IMG/VR virus record: IMGVR_UViG_3300044623_001092
Length of the DNA: 64,000 nt
Strand: one strand, 5' to 3'
Origin: a virus
Shown here: piece after piece, positions 47,649-59,100 of the stretch
Numbering within the stretch: the stretch's first letter is position 1
Layout: each line of letters opens with the position of its first letter
Notes under the pieces: model-generated
What the model saw: only the letters and a program-made list of their open reading frames with translations
Told to the model about the DNA's origin: nothing
The model's database searches: none
Made by a program: the position numbers and the translations under genes

Positions 47649-50135
47649 TTAAAAATCAAATTTTATTACAAACTGTTGAATTCCGAGCCGTGGCGTAGGA
47701 GATTGTAGTTTAGATATAATCATAAGGTCGTCGTTCAAATCGTAAAGACCAATTTCAGTAATATATAGTTGATTACCATTTACCCAACCAGGATTTGAAC
47801 TTGCTTGGAACTCAGCATCACCCAAATTGATTTTATATCTCATTTCATATATTGTTGCTTGTACGTCAGTTTCAACAGTACCATAGAAGTAATATTCATC
47901 ACCAAAGTTTAGTTGGTGACCACTAAATCCAAGTGGTGTTAATTCAATATAATCCGATAAATCATATGATGGGGCGGCATCATATAAATCTTTACTAATA
48001 ACAAAAGTAGTACCTGTTAATCCATCTGCCGTAATATAACCATTAATCGTTGTCGCCGATAATATATCGGTATAATCAATAACTTTCCATTCAGTAGGGT
48101 CAGGTCTACCATCACCAATTACTTTTTGACAAATAATTTCAAATTTATCAGCAAAGAATCCTGTCGATAAATCGCATACATCAGGACAAAGTGTTGTACT
48201 CGTTGTTGTGTAAACACTTGTGGTTGTTGTTGTAATAACACTTGTTGTTGTTGTAGTCGTAGATGGTGAATACGATTTATAATTTAAACAATTAAATTCG
48301 GACCCAAATCTTACTGAGACATTTTGAGGTCCAATGTCTAAACAAGATAAATTAGGTCCTTGTATTTTAGTATAATAGTTACAATGTAACGAATTTGTAA
48401 AAGAATATTGATTACCCAATCTATAAGTAATGTATAAGTACTCAGTATTACCCGTTAAAATCCCCTCACTTGATTGATTTGATGGTCCACAAGTGTTTGG
48501 CGTAGTTAACCCTACTTTAGGAGCTGGTAACGTCCAATTTCGGTTTGATTTATATGATAACGATGCAATAATTTCTTCATCATCAATAATAACAATTTTA
48601 TGGTCAGGAAATACCTTACCAATTCTATTCGGTAAACCATTAATACTTGGGTTATCATCCCATAAATGATAATAACGAATACCAGGTGTGTTCATATCAA
48701 GGTTTTTCTTAGACTCAATATAGCTAGGCTGAAATAAGTCAAAATCCTCAAACCCTGGAGGGTCTACCCAAAATGTTTGTCCTTGACAACAATCAGGATT
48801 TTTATGCCACATCAATGATGGTAAACTAATTTTGAAGTTTCTTGCTTGTCCAACAGTATCTTCAGGTAATGTTGGGTCTAAAGGTTGTAACGCAAATTTT
48901 TCACCATAATAAAAATCAATTGTCTGATTGGTATAATGAATAATAGCAATTGCCTTTTGTTCTTCAGGTTGGACCTTAACAATCTCACTAAATGAATTAT
49001 AATAATATGTATCGGTCGTTTCAGCACTTAAAGTTGGGTCAACGTAGAATGTTTGACCTGAACTTGATTGATACCCTAAATATTCTTTAGTACCCACATA
49101 TTGTGCGGAACCAAACTTAGAAAAACCTTTAACAACATCACCATCTAATCCAGCTAAATCTTCTGACCAAGGAATATTCATATTCCATATCTTAACATCC
49201 AACTCATCAGTATCACATAACGATTCAAAATTAATAACATCAGTATTGTAATGATTTAATGGTGTAACACTATCATATAGGTTAGTCATATTAGGTGGGT
49301 AAATAATAGTTCTAGCGTAACACACACTTAATAAATCACCATAATCAGGTGTTGGTCTGTCTAACGTAATCTCGTTATTACAAACATCTAAAATTCTATA
49401 AGTTAAAATACCATAACAACTAAACATGCTCATACCACAATTAGGTATATCAACAGGTGTTGGTGTTGGGAATACCGTAGTTGTTGTTGTCGTAGTATCA
49501 CACGGTAAAGTTGTTGAGGTTGTCGTAGTTGGCGATAAGGTAGTTGTTGTTGTTGTTGTAGTCGATGTTGTACCACATCCACAATCATTTTTAGCTCGAC
49601 CATCAAAATAAATTGTGATTAAATCACCAGCCTGTGGTAATCTTGCTATATTTGTATTACAACCTGAATAAATAACAGTAATCACATCACTACCTGTTAA
49701 TGTTGACATATCAATCATGTAGTTAGAATTAATAACATGTTGATTATCCGTAAACGCACTCCAATATGTAAAGTTGTCTAACGTAATTCCTGTGAAGAAA
49801 CCTCTCGGTTCCGCTCTGTTATAGACAGGACTATCAATCGAATCCATATATGGTATACCATACGTATTACCTGTAAATCCTTTTACATAATACGGATATT
49901 TAATATTCTGTTTGTTTGATTGGGGAGCCCCACTTGAATTCTGAGCATTAAATGCTGGTTCCAATATCATCGTCTCTAATTGATTGTATGATGTTGGTAA
50001 GACATTATAAGAAACCTCACTATCACCAATTTGGAAATAAGATATGTTAAAATTACCTTGTGATAATTTTTCTCTCCCCGTATCAGTTAATCTACTGTTA
50101 ATTAACGCTGATGTATTTTTTAATATATAACTCAT
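47649..50135 (-). CDS. Baseplate/tail structural protein with poly-Thr insertions
   Basis: LTDTGREKL...F.ISYF..GDSEV N-terminus and ITEIGLYD...LMIISKL..P C-terminus typical of tail-collar/baseplate-type proteins. Confidence 0.65.
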   Translation of the reverse strand: MSYILKNTSALINSRLTDTGREKLSQGNFNISYFQIGDSEVSYNVLPTSYNQLETMILEPAFNAQNSSGAPQSNKQNIKYPYYVKGFTGNTYGIPYMDSIDSPVYNRAEPRGFFTGITLDNFTYWSAFTDNQHVINSNYMIDMSTLTGSDVITVIYSGCNTNIARLPQAGDLITIYFDGRAKNDCGCGTTSTTTTTTTTLSPTTTTSTTLPCDTTTTTTTVFPTPTPVDIPNCGMSMFSCYGILTYRILDVCNNEITLDRPTPDYGDLLSVCYARTIIYPPNMTNLYDSVTPLNHYNTDVINFESLCDTDELDVKIWNMNIPWSEDLAGLDGDVVKGFSKFGSAQYVGTKEYLGYQSSSGQTFYVDPTLSAETTDTYYYNSFSEIVKVQPEEQKAIAIIHYTNQTIDFYYGEKFALQPLDPTLPEDTVGQARNFKISLPSLMWHKNPDCCQGQTFWVDPPGFEDFDLFQPSYIESKKNLDMNTPGIRYYHLWDDNPSINGLPNRIGKVFPDHKIVIIDDEEIIASLSYKSNRNWTLPAPKVGLTTPNTCGPSNQSSEGILTGNTEYLYITYRLGNQYSFTNSLHCNYYTKIQGPNLSCLDIGPQNVSVRFGSEFNCLNYKSYSPSTTTTTTSVITTTTTSVYTTTSTTLCPDVCDLSTGFFADKFEIICQKVIGDGRPDPTEWKVIDYTDILSATTINGYITADGLTGTTFVISKDLYDAAPSYDLSDYIELTPLGFSGHQLNFGDEYYFYGTVETDVQATIYEMRYKINLGDAEFQASSNPGWVNGNQLYITEIGLYDLNDDLMIISKLQSPTPRLGIQQFVIKFDF

Positions 50136-50155
50136 ATAATATTTTTTTAATTTTA

Positions 50156-51628
50156 TTATTCATACAACGATTGATTAAGAACACTACAACAATTACAACC
50201 TGTAATGCTAGCGTTAGTAACAAACGAATTAGTGGTAGCAAAATTAGCACTACAACAACCACTACCAGTTGCCGTCACACCATATTTTAATGGCCCAAGA
50301 GGTCCATCACCCAAATCAACGTTATCATACTCATTTGGTAATGGTGTTGGTTCAGGTGTTTGACTTTCAAATAATGCTTGTGGTGGTGGTGGATTATTAC
50401 ATGTTAACAGATAATCAGTTATTAACTTAATACTATAAACATCCGTTGAATTAATAGTTAAGTCAGTATAGTTACGATTAAAATTCGTCTGATACTTCAA
50501 ATAATTAGTACAACCTGGTGTCGTATTAGCAACCGTTGTTACGACATCATTATCAACACTTGGTATTGTTAAACCATTTTTAATAATTTCTGTGGTATAC
50601 GATTTAGTTGCCGAATTAAGATAAGGCGTTTGAGTAAACATTCCAGAAAAATCCATATTAAACTTAATTGTTGTTCCATCATTAGGTAATGATGGTGTAA
50701 TATTTACAACATACGTATATTCGTAAGATGTACTAGATACCTGAACCGTAGAAAATATATTCATTGATATAGTATAAACCGTCATAGGTTCACTAGTGAA
50801 TATTACATTACCTGATTGAGATGATACAATTGTACCTTCACTATCCTTAATTTGAGGTGTAAAAGTCACATCAGGACATAAGTTATTGAATAATGGATTA
50901 CTCACCCATGTTGTTCCCCCATTTACCGAATATTGATATGGTGGTACACCTCCAAGACCTTGTATTGTTATTGAAGCATCACAACTTGTACATGATGGGT
51001 TATTTTTAGTTACCATTAATCTTAAATTACCAACATTAACACATTCACCTTCAGTTACAGTTACAGTACCTTGATTACCCAACATTAACCACCCACTTAA
51101 TGGTGGATAGGTAGGGTCGTTATTAATAACCGTTAAATTATTTACAGTATCAACCAACTCCCAACGATTATCAACGTTATCCCAAACGATGGTATATAAA
51201 ACATCATCTGAAATCCAACTTTGTTTACCATTCACAATCCCATTAGGATTAAAATAAATAGATAAATCAACCACACTATCACCTTTAAAATAATGAATAA
51301 CCATACAGAAATCATACGTAATAATTGGTGATGTTGTTGTTGTTGTAGTTGTTGTTGGGACAACAGGCCCTGTTAATACACAAGTAGTATTTGCAGTAAA
51401 ATCACCATAATAATCAACAATCGTTGCAGGATACGAACCTGCCGATAAATTATTAATTGCAAATGAACTATTACCATTTTCCCAAGTAATATTGTAAGGT
51501 GGTGTTCCACCTGTAACAATTAAAGTTGCAGTACCATTAGACGCATTCTGTCCACTAGGATTAGTTACTTGACACGCAACCCCAAGTGGGAATATTACTA
51601 TAGGTTGACACTCATTATTTTCAGGCAT
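50156..51628 (-). CDS. SprB-repeat-containing structural protein
   Basis: NGTATLIVTGGTPPYNITW...NNLSAGSY; GGVPPYQYSVNGG..W...LFNNL. Confidence 0.8.
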   Translation of the reverse strand: MPENNECQPIVIFPLGVACQVTNPSGQNASNGTATLIVTGGTPPYNITWENGNSSFAINNLSAGSYPATIVDYYGDFTANTTCVLTGPVVPTTTTTTTTSPIITYDFCMVIHYFKGDSVVDLSIYFNPNGIVNGKQSWISDDVLYTIVWDNVDNRWELVDTVNNLTVINNDPTYPPLSGWLMLGNQGTVTVTEGECVNVGNLRLMVTKNNPSCTSCDASITIQGLGGVPPYQYSVNGGTTWVSNPLFNNLCPDVTFTPQIKDSEGTIVSSQSGNVIFTSEPMTVYTISMNIFSTVQVSSTSYEYTYVVNITPSLPNDGTTIKFNMDFSGMFTQTPYLNSATKSYTTEIIKNGLTIPSVDNDVVTTVANTTPGCTNYLKYQTNFNRNYTDLTINSTDVYSIKLITDYLLTCNNPPPPQALFESQTPEPTPLPNEYDNVDLGDGPLGPLKYGVTATGSGCCSANFATTNSFVTNASITGCNCCSVLNQSLYE

Positions 51629-51653
51629 TATTATTCTGTTTTTATATAAATAA

Positions 51654-52643
51654 TCAGTTATTCCGTTTTTGTTGAATTAACGACTTCATAACTTCAATAT
51701 ATTTTATGGTTGAACTATTCTTTTCAATAAAATCAAAATAATTAGGGTCACTTTCAATCTTTTTTAAGGGGTCCTCATTAATATATTCCCCTTTATAAAA
51801 TTTCCTATCTTTTAAATCTTGAGTCACTCCCGCCATATGAAGAATTGGTTTCTTTTCATATATTACAATATCATCTGTCGCCCATGAAAAATCTAATTCT
51901 TTTGTTATTTTAGTTTCTTTACCAAAATACCATAGATTCCATAAGACCGACCACATTTCCGCAGTCCAAAATTGTATTTCACCAGGACTGATTGGGTATC
52001 GTTTTTGATAACTCATCATTTGGTCATATAATGGAACACAATCATTATATATCTTTTCCCACATCTTAGCGTCAGTGTCTTTAATAATATATTGACCACC
52101 ACCCGAATTCTCTTGATTACATTTAACACATTCAACATCAACACCAATAACATCAACCATTTCTTGAATCAATTGACCTTTATTTGAATTGGGGTGTTGT
52201 TGCTCATATCTTTCACAACAATCCATAATATAGTTATAACCAATATAACCCACAGTATCCGATACATATGTTATGTCATCATCTAATAACGCTTTAAAAT
52301 CAGGTAATTCTCTAAAGATGATATCAGCGTCATGTAAAAAAAATGACTTACCATATTGTGGATTCTCCACCAACCATTTATAGATTAAAAATGGTTTAAT
52401 ATTTGGTATATAATGTTTTCGTTCTCTATCATCTAAATAATGATGAACATTAATTCCTAATTTTTTTAATTCTAAAGATTCTTCACTAGGTTCTTTTTTA
52501 CCCTGAACCATTGCTAGCACAACATGAATATTATTGGGGTTAATACCTTTCTCGATGAAATTATGTACATAAACCTTAATTTGCCAATGAAAATATGGGA
52601 CATCAGGTTGTGCTGAAACAAATACTAAATTATTAAAATCCAT
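51654..52643 (-). CDS. GT-A fold glycosyltransferase resembling plant peptidyl-serine galactosyltransferase (GT96) / hydroxyproline arabinosyltransferase (GT95)
   Basis: PYFHWQ, YIPNIKPFLIYKWL, LHDADIIFR (DxD), WTAEMW, ILH, in the same order as recalled SERGT1 motifs YFDWQ, YPAINKP..V..WL, ILDADMIIR, WISEMY. Confidence 0.7.
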   Translation of the reverse strand: MDFNNLVFVSAQPDVPYFHWQIKVYVHNFIEKGINPNNIHVVLAMVQGKKEPSEESLELKKLGINVHHYLDDRERKHYIPNIKPFLIYKWLVENPQYGKSFFLHDADIIFRELPDFKALLDDDITYVSDTVGYIGYNYIMDCCERYEQQHPNSNKGQLIQEMVDVIGVDVECVKCNQENSGGGQYIIKDTDAKMWEKIYNDCVPLYDQMMSYQKRYPISPGEIQFWTAEMWSVLWNLWYFGKETKITKELDFSWATDDIVIYEKKPILHMAGVTQDLKDRKFYKGEYINEDPLKKIESDPNYFDFIEKNSSTIKYIEVMKSLIQQKRNN

Positions 52644-52703
52644 CTTCTTTTAAATTAAAAATATTAAAGAAGTCAATTTAATAAATGATAATATATTAAT
52701 CTT

Positions 52704-53243
52704 TTATGCGATAGTTGTTGTAGTTGTAGTAATTTGGTTAAAATTAGGTATTGTTGATTGTTCAAACTGTTCATCCATAAGTAACACCATAACATTTTTA
52801 ACACAACACATTACTTCCGCCTCCAAGACCTGGTATTCTTCAGCAATTGTTATGTCAAAAGTACCGTCACCATAATCAACGGTAAAACTAAGAGTGTCCT
52901 GACCCCCACTTATATTTGGAATAATTAAGGTTTCATTTTGAACACCTGTTTGGGGGGTACAAATCATCATATTCCAAAAAACCAAATATTTTTTATGATA
53001 ATCCAAATAACACACTTCCCAAAAATCAATATAAATTTTCTGTTCGAACTCAGGCTCACATGGTTCTCCAGAAATACAAACAGATGTCACATCAATATAA
53101 TTACTAAACGACTTAAAAAACGCATTTTTAGTTTCGGTTGCGGTAGTATACATGTTTTCCCAAGTTGAGCAATCCGATTCAGTTGTTCCTGTTCCGAATA
53201 TCCCTAAGTTAATATAATCACAATTATCGTAAAAAAATGCCAT
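52704..53243 (-). CDS. Hypothetical Cys-rich protein with PKD-like VDYGDG motif and Thr tail
   Basis: 179 aa. Confidence 0.6.
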   Translation of the reverse strand: MAFFYDNCDYINLGIFGTGTTESDCSTWENMYTTATETKNAFFKSFSNYIDVTSVCISGEPCEPEFEQKIYIDFWEVCYLDYHKKYLVFWNMMICTPQTGVQNETLIIPNISGGQDTLSFTVDYGDGTFDITIAEEYQVLEAEVMCCVKNVMVLLMDEQFEQSTIPNFNQITTTTTTIA

Positions 53244-53254
53244 ACATAATAAAA

Positions 53255-56146
53255 TTAAAATTTATATTTAAATATTTGATATAATGGTGCGTGAAATGTC
53301 GCCCAAGTAAATGGTTTCCAAGCAAGTAACAATTCATTTAATGCTTTAAAATAAGCTTGAGATTGACTTCTTTGTGCAAAATCACAATCCTCAATATCAG
53401 GATAACCAATTATCACAGTACCATAAGGTGTCCAAGTATTAGTATTTGGGTCCCACTGATAAAAAAGATTATCATCTATAACAAAACAAAACGTACCAAA
53501 GTTGCTAGTTAACGGTAAATCACCATATGATTGTACCTCAGTCAAATATACTATATCAAAATCATATTGAGGCCCGATAAGACCTTCATCAGCAAATATT
53601 TTTTTACAACTACATCCTTGTAATACGTTAAATTTATACCAACCAATATTATTTTGTCCATAATCATAAAAATCAAATTCTTCGGCCGATGGTGGTAATA
53701 CAACCGTTAAATTTTCCGCGGCAGTTATAAGACCGTAAGTAAGGTATCCATTATACTCATTTTGATATTTAAGGTAAGCCATTCTAATTTGTTGGAATTG
53801 TTGTTCAACACCAGGAATTACACCTTGACAATCGTTAGGATTATAAAAAGGTAATTCAGTACATCTACTAGGGATGAAATCCGAATCACTTAGGTAATCC
53901 GCCCCAAAATAATTCCAAGTTATCGGAGAAATAACTTTAGTATCAGTAGTTTCACAATATTCATTAGTTATTTCACAATTTATCGGTATAAATTCAGGAG
54001 TATAACATCCTGTACACAATTCACATGATATATCATAATATATAACCATATTAATCACAACATCAGCGTCATTTAACGATACTATACTATTACAATCGGT
54101 TGTTATAGTCATTTTATTTTCTTCAACATCGAAGGTAACCGAAGCTATCCCATCATAACTAAGTAACATAGACTCAATAACATCATCCCACTCATTCACC
54201 GTTGGATATTCATTTAATGTAGTTCCTGTATAAAATTCTTGGGTTGTCGTCACACCACTAACGGTTACTGAAGCTTCAAATATAGATTGATTTAAAACAC
54301 AATTAAATTCATTTAGAGTCAACTCATAAAACCCTTCCAATAACATTTGTTTAGGTCCTTTAGTTAATAACTCACCATAATTAGATAAATCAGAGTCACA
54401 CACATTATAAACTTGATATGACGATACAAATACATTACCATCAATAGTTACCGTTCTAATTTTCTCACAATCATTACTATCAACAACCTTTAATGTGTAA
54501 GTTCCCGCAGATAAATTATTAACAGTCATACCTGTTTGACCATTTACGTTTGAACTCCACGTTAACACGAATGGTGGTATTCCACTCGTTATTAGTGCGG
54601 TAATGGTCCCATTATTACCAACCGTTGAATCAGTTGACGTTAATATAAAATCAACCCCACTAGATATGTTTACACTATCAACAATTGTTTGAGTACAACC
54701 ATTGTTATCCGTTACGTCAACACTATGAATTCCAGAAGATAAATTGGTGAAGGTATGGGAAGTTAATGAAGTAATTACTATTTCATCCCCATCTAAAGTA
54801 TAGGTATAATTAGGTGAACCTCCCGATATTATAACCTCAAAAACACCGTTATCATTACCACATGTTGTTCCTGTAACGTTTGAAGATAAATTAAACGTAT
54901 TATCATTTTCAATAGTAAATGAATTGGTATAGTCACAAGGCCCATTATCAGTAATGGATATGGTATAATCACCATAGGTCAAATTATTAAACGTCCATGT
55001 GGTACTTGGAAGTGTTTGGGTTGTTGTTGTACCTCCAACTTTAGTTAGTGTATAAACATATGGAGGTGAACCACCATTTAAATTCATTGTCACAAAACCC
55101 GAAGACCCACAAACAGAAGGTGAATACGAAAAAGACACCACCGAGAATCCACCTGGAGTTAATAAAGTAGCAATTCCCGACGCGGTACATAGACCTGAAT
55201 CCGTAATTAAAATATTATAATTACCACTTGAGACATTTGTAAATGTATATTCAGCGTCAAAAGTAAAATAATTACCAATTGATGATGCTGAAAAGTTATA
55301 AGGTGCGGTACCACCCGTTACCACAACTGTAATTTCACCATCAGAACTATAACAAGATGGGTCAGTAGTTAATATTGTTGCAATTCCAAGTGGGGGCACT
55401 TGACTAACCAAAGTCGTCTTACTAACAGAACAACCTGTATTATCCGTTACCGTAACATTGTATCCACCTGTTGTTAAACCTGTTAATGTTGAACCTGTAG
55501 TTCCATTTGACCATAAATAAGTGTAAGGTGGGTTACCCGTTAAACCCGTGATAAAAATTTTACCTGAATTAACCGCACAACCCGCATCATTAACCACATA
55601 AAATCCATAGTCAACTGTATTTGAGTCTTGTATAATAATCGTTTCACTTTTACCCGTACAACCACCACCATCATCAGCAACAACATAATAAGTACTAGCA
55701 GATAAATTAGTGAACTCGAAAGTCTCATACGTAGTTAATGCCGAAGTTATAAAACCATTATCGTAGTCGTATAAGTAAAATATCGCATTCCCAAACATAT
55801 TCGTAGTTGTTGCAGTAACACTACCGTTATCATTACCACATAAAGTATTAGTAAACCCATCCACTGAAACACAAGTACCACTTGATATATAAACGTTAAC
55901 AGGTATTACTGTATTTATTGGGTTACAACTATCAATAATTGTAAATGAATATGTGGATGCCGATAAGTCAGTTACCGTATATTCAGTAACACCTACACCT
56001 AACGCTATCGTACCATAAGAAGAAGGTGTTAACCATTGTATAGTATAATCAGGAGCAGTCCCCGTAATTTCGATAGTAAACGCCCCGCTATTAGTATTCG
56101 AACAATCACCTGTAATACTTAAACTATATGAAAGAGGACAAGCCAT
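53255..56146 (-). CDS. Multi-SprB-repeat structural/adhesin-like protein
   Basis: About seven repeats of C....G.I.V...GG.PPY.Y.W....T..NL..G.Y...VTD..GC. Confidence 0.85.
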   Translation of the reverse strand: MACPLSYSLSITGDCSNTNSGAFTIEITGTAPDYTIQWLTPSSYGTIALGVGVTEYTVTDLSASTYSFTIIDSCNPINTVIPVNVYISSGTCVSVDGFTNTLCGNDNGSVTATTTNMFGNAIFYLYDYDNGFITSALTTYETFEFTNLSASTYYVVADDGGGCTGKSETIIIQDSNTVDYGFYVVNDAGCAVNSGKIFITGLTGNPPYTYLWSNGTTGSTLTGLTTGGYNVTVTDNTGCSVSKTTLVSQVPPLGIATILTTDPSCYSSDGEITVVVTGGTAPYNFSASSIGNYFTFDAEYTFTNVSSGNYNILITDSGLCTASGIATLLTPGGFSVVSFSYSPSVCGSSGFVTMNLNGGSPPYVYTLTKVGGTTTTQTLPSTTWTFNNLTYGDYTISITDNGPCDYTNSFTIENDNTFNLSSNVTGTTCGNDNGVFEVIISGGSPNYTYTLDGDEIVITSLTSHTFTNLSSGIHSVDVTDNNGCTQTIVDSVNISSGVDFILTSTDSTVGNNGTITALITSGIPPFVLTWSSNVNGQTGMTVNNLSAGTYTLKVVDSNDCEKIRTVTIDGNVFVSSYQVYNVCDSDLSNYGELLTKGPKQMLLEGFYELTLNEFNCVLNQSIFEASVTVSGVTTTQEFYTGTTLNEYPTVNEWDDVIESMLLSYDGIASVTFDVEENKMTITTDCNSIVSLNDADVVINMVIYYDISCELCTGCYTPEFIPINCEITNEYCETTDTKVISPITWNYFGADYLSDSDFIPSRCTELPFYNPNDCQGVIPGVEQQFQQIRMAYLKYQNEYNGYLTYGLITAAENLTVVLPPSAEEFDFYDYGQNNIGWYKFNVLQGCSCKKIFADEGLIGPQYDFDIVYLTEVQSYGDLPLTSNFGTFCFVIDDNLFYQWDPNTNTWTPYGTVIIGYPDIEDCDFAQRSQSQAYFKALNELLLAWKPFTWATFHAPLYQIFKYKF

Positions 56147-59100
56147 TAATTACATAAAATATTAAAATTTATTCCGACATTAATTTTTAAATTAACCCCA
56201 TTATCATTTTCTGAACATATATTATTAAATATTATCACAGTGTCGTTACCTGTGAAATTATAATCATATCCATACACTTTCAATTCATCAAAAGCGGTTT
56301 CCAAAGCAATGTCCCACCCAGTGTTGGTTGTTGGGTAACTTAGATTTGGTATTGTTAAACCAACCCCTGTAAAGAACGGTATTTGTATAATCATAATATC
56401 ATTTATTCTGATATCAACAAACCAACTTGAATTCAATGAATTTATAACACAGTCATTTAACGTAAAACCATTTTCACTTAAATATTGGTTTAATAAGTAA
56501 CTTAAAACACCACTATATTGTTGTATTCTTGGACTAGTATCCCATGGATAAACAGGACATTCTGTTGATTGTACAGGACAATCAATAGGGAATATACTTG
56601 TTGTTAATGTACAAGGTTTACAAGGTACAGGAACAATTTCACAACCTCTTTGTCTTCTCCAAACAAATTTTTGTCTATGGAAAATTGAATTTTCATACTT
56701 AACACCTGTATTCCATATTGTAGATGCTGGTATCATTTGTTCTACCAATCTCACCCAATAACTACCCATACCATTAACGTATTCAATCATTTTTTGGTAT
56801 GAAAAATTATCATTAGAAACACCAATAGCATTTTGAGATTCTAAATACTTCCAAAATATCGAACCTAAAGTTGGATATCCACCTACTTTACTACCACTAA
56901 ACTGTCTATCCCTAACATTAATCATATTCAACCAAAACGTTTGTGCAAATTCGAAAAATGTTTGTGTTTTTGGTTGTGGATTTATTTCAGTCCAATCAAC
57001 CCCACCTTTACTTGGATAGATATTTTTAGGTATAACATTATAAAATTGTGTTGGTAATACAGTTGGTGACGGTACTGTTAAGAACTCAGGATTAACCGCA
57101 ACACCATAAGTAATCGCATTAGGACCAATAACAATATTACTAAAAAGACTAGTTAATGTTAAATCAGCAAAATTGTCAGGTACTTTTATTTCAGTACTAC
57201 CTGTAAATGACCCTGAACTAATAGTTACACCCGTTGATATTTCTAAATCAGGTCCTGAAACCTTACCTAAAGTATTTTTAAAATCTATTCTAATGTCAAA
57301 ATCTTTTGATACATTTGAAGTAACGTTAAATGTCGCTTTTACTGACCCAGGTTCATATGTCGCTGATAGATTTAAGGTAATAGTTGTTGATGGAATATAA
57401 TTCATTCCTTGATTCGGAATCGGATAATTATATTGTCTCGACATATACCAAATATCATATGCAATCCCTTGTCCAGGATTTAAAAATAAATCAACGTTTT
57501 TAACATTTAAAACTAATTTATCATTAGTTGTATAATATCTAGCATTATATTTACCATCCAAGTTACTTCTTAAACCAACTTCTTTATCAGTCCAACTTTT
57601 ATTATTATCAACATTAATTTTTAATTTATACCCAAGTTTCATAAATGGGAACTTACGGAATCTATCTAAATAATCTTGACCATAAGCATATGGTTTTAAT
57701 GAAGTTTGGAAACTAGGATTTGCCCCTGTAAAAACACTTGTGGTTAAATTAACTTGTTCAGGAGCCCTATGTTCAGGTGTTTGTTCAAACCACCCACTTC
57801 CCGATTGAAAGAAATAAGTTTCAGTGTCTTCGGGTGCTGACGGGTAACCAAAATCATCCATCGGATATTCATCTCTAGTTATATTAACGTCTTGTAATGA
57901 GTTTTGTGTTGTAAACCCTGTGTATGTATTCCCCATGATAGAGAATATATATGTGGAGTCCAAAACAGGTGTATCCTGTACATAAGTACCTCCTGATATT
58001 GACGTAAAATTACTATTGAACTGTTTTAAATTAATTTTTTGGTCGGCAAGATATACGTGTTCATTAAATTCAACTAATGCCTCAGGAGCACCTATTAACG
58101 ACATCAAAGTCTCAATTGATTTTCTAGTTCCTTTAGACTTAAACAAATAAGCAGAATTTAAGACTAAATTTCTATAATATTGGTAATTTAATTCATCGGG
58201 TGTTAATACCGAATTAATGCCACTAAATGCCGATTTTTGAGCGTTTTTATCGCCAAATACTGAACTCAATAATTCTTCGTTAGATATTGGGGATATATTT
58301 GTTTTCCAACCTAATGTTTGGGCCAAATTCTTTAATAATTGTGACGGTATATCATTCCCAACATTATAATTTACTGAGTTCACATACGCCAAAGCATCAA
58401 TGAATTTTTTAGTTTCATCAAAACTTCTACCATATACTTGTAATACTTTTTGAACTTTTTGACCTGTAGTATCAAACTCATTAAACGCACCCGTAGTTAA
58501 AAATCTTGAGATTAAGTCAGTTTTATATCCATCAAAACTAACACTAATCTCGTTAAGTTGACTTAAATAATTTGTGAATGACCCAGTGATAATATCAATG
58601 TTCCAAATAGAATTAATTGGCCATGTTACAGTTTTAAACCCTGTATAATACGTCCCATCTTCAGATGACATTGGTATATTAAAAGTTGCTGAATATTTTG
58701 GTGTGACATTTCTATTTAATAAGAAATTTTCCACTTGGTCCAACTTTTCATTAAATACTTTATTAACCTCAAAATCATTAGGTCTAACAACTAATGAGTC
58801 ATAACTAACACCATTCCCATTAAATGGATTACCTTCAACAACCAATGTTAATATCCCACTAACCAATGATTGTGTTGGTGTTATTCTTAGTAATGAATAA
58901 CCTTCACCATTAATGTATAAAGAATACTTGGCGTATTCCACCGTCATATTTCTTAATTGTGATACAGGTATTTCCCTTAATTCTAAATTTCTAGTTGCAT
59001 TAACCGTAAAATCAATACCGAATGGATTTCTAAGTTTAACGATGTTTAATTCGAAAGTTGTAACATCTTGAACACTATCGTAAACAATATTTAATGCCGT

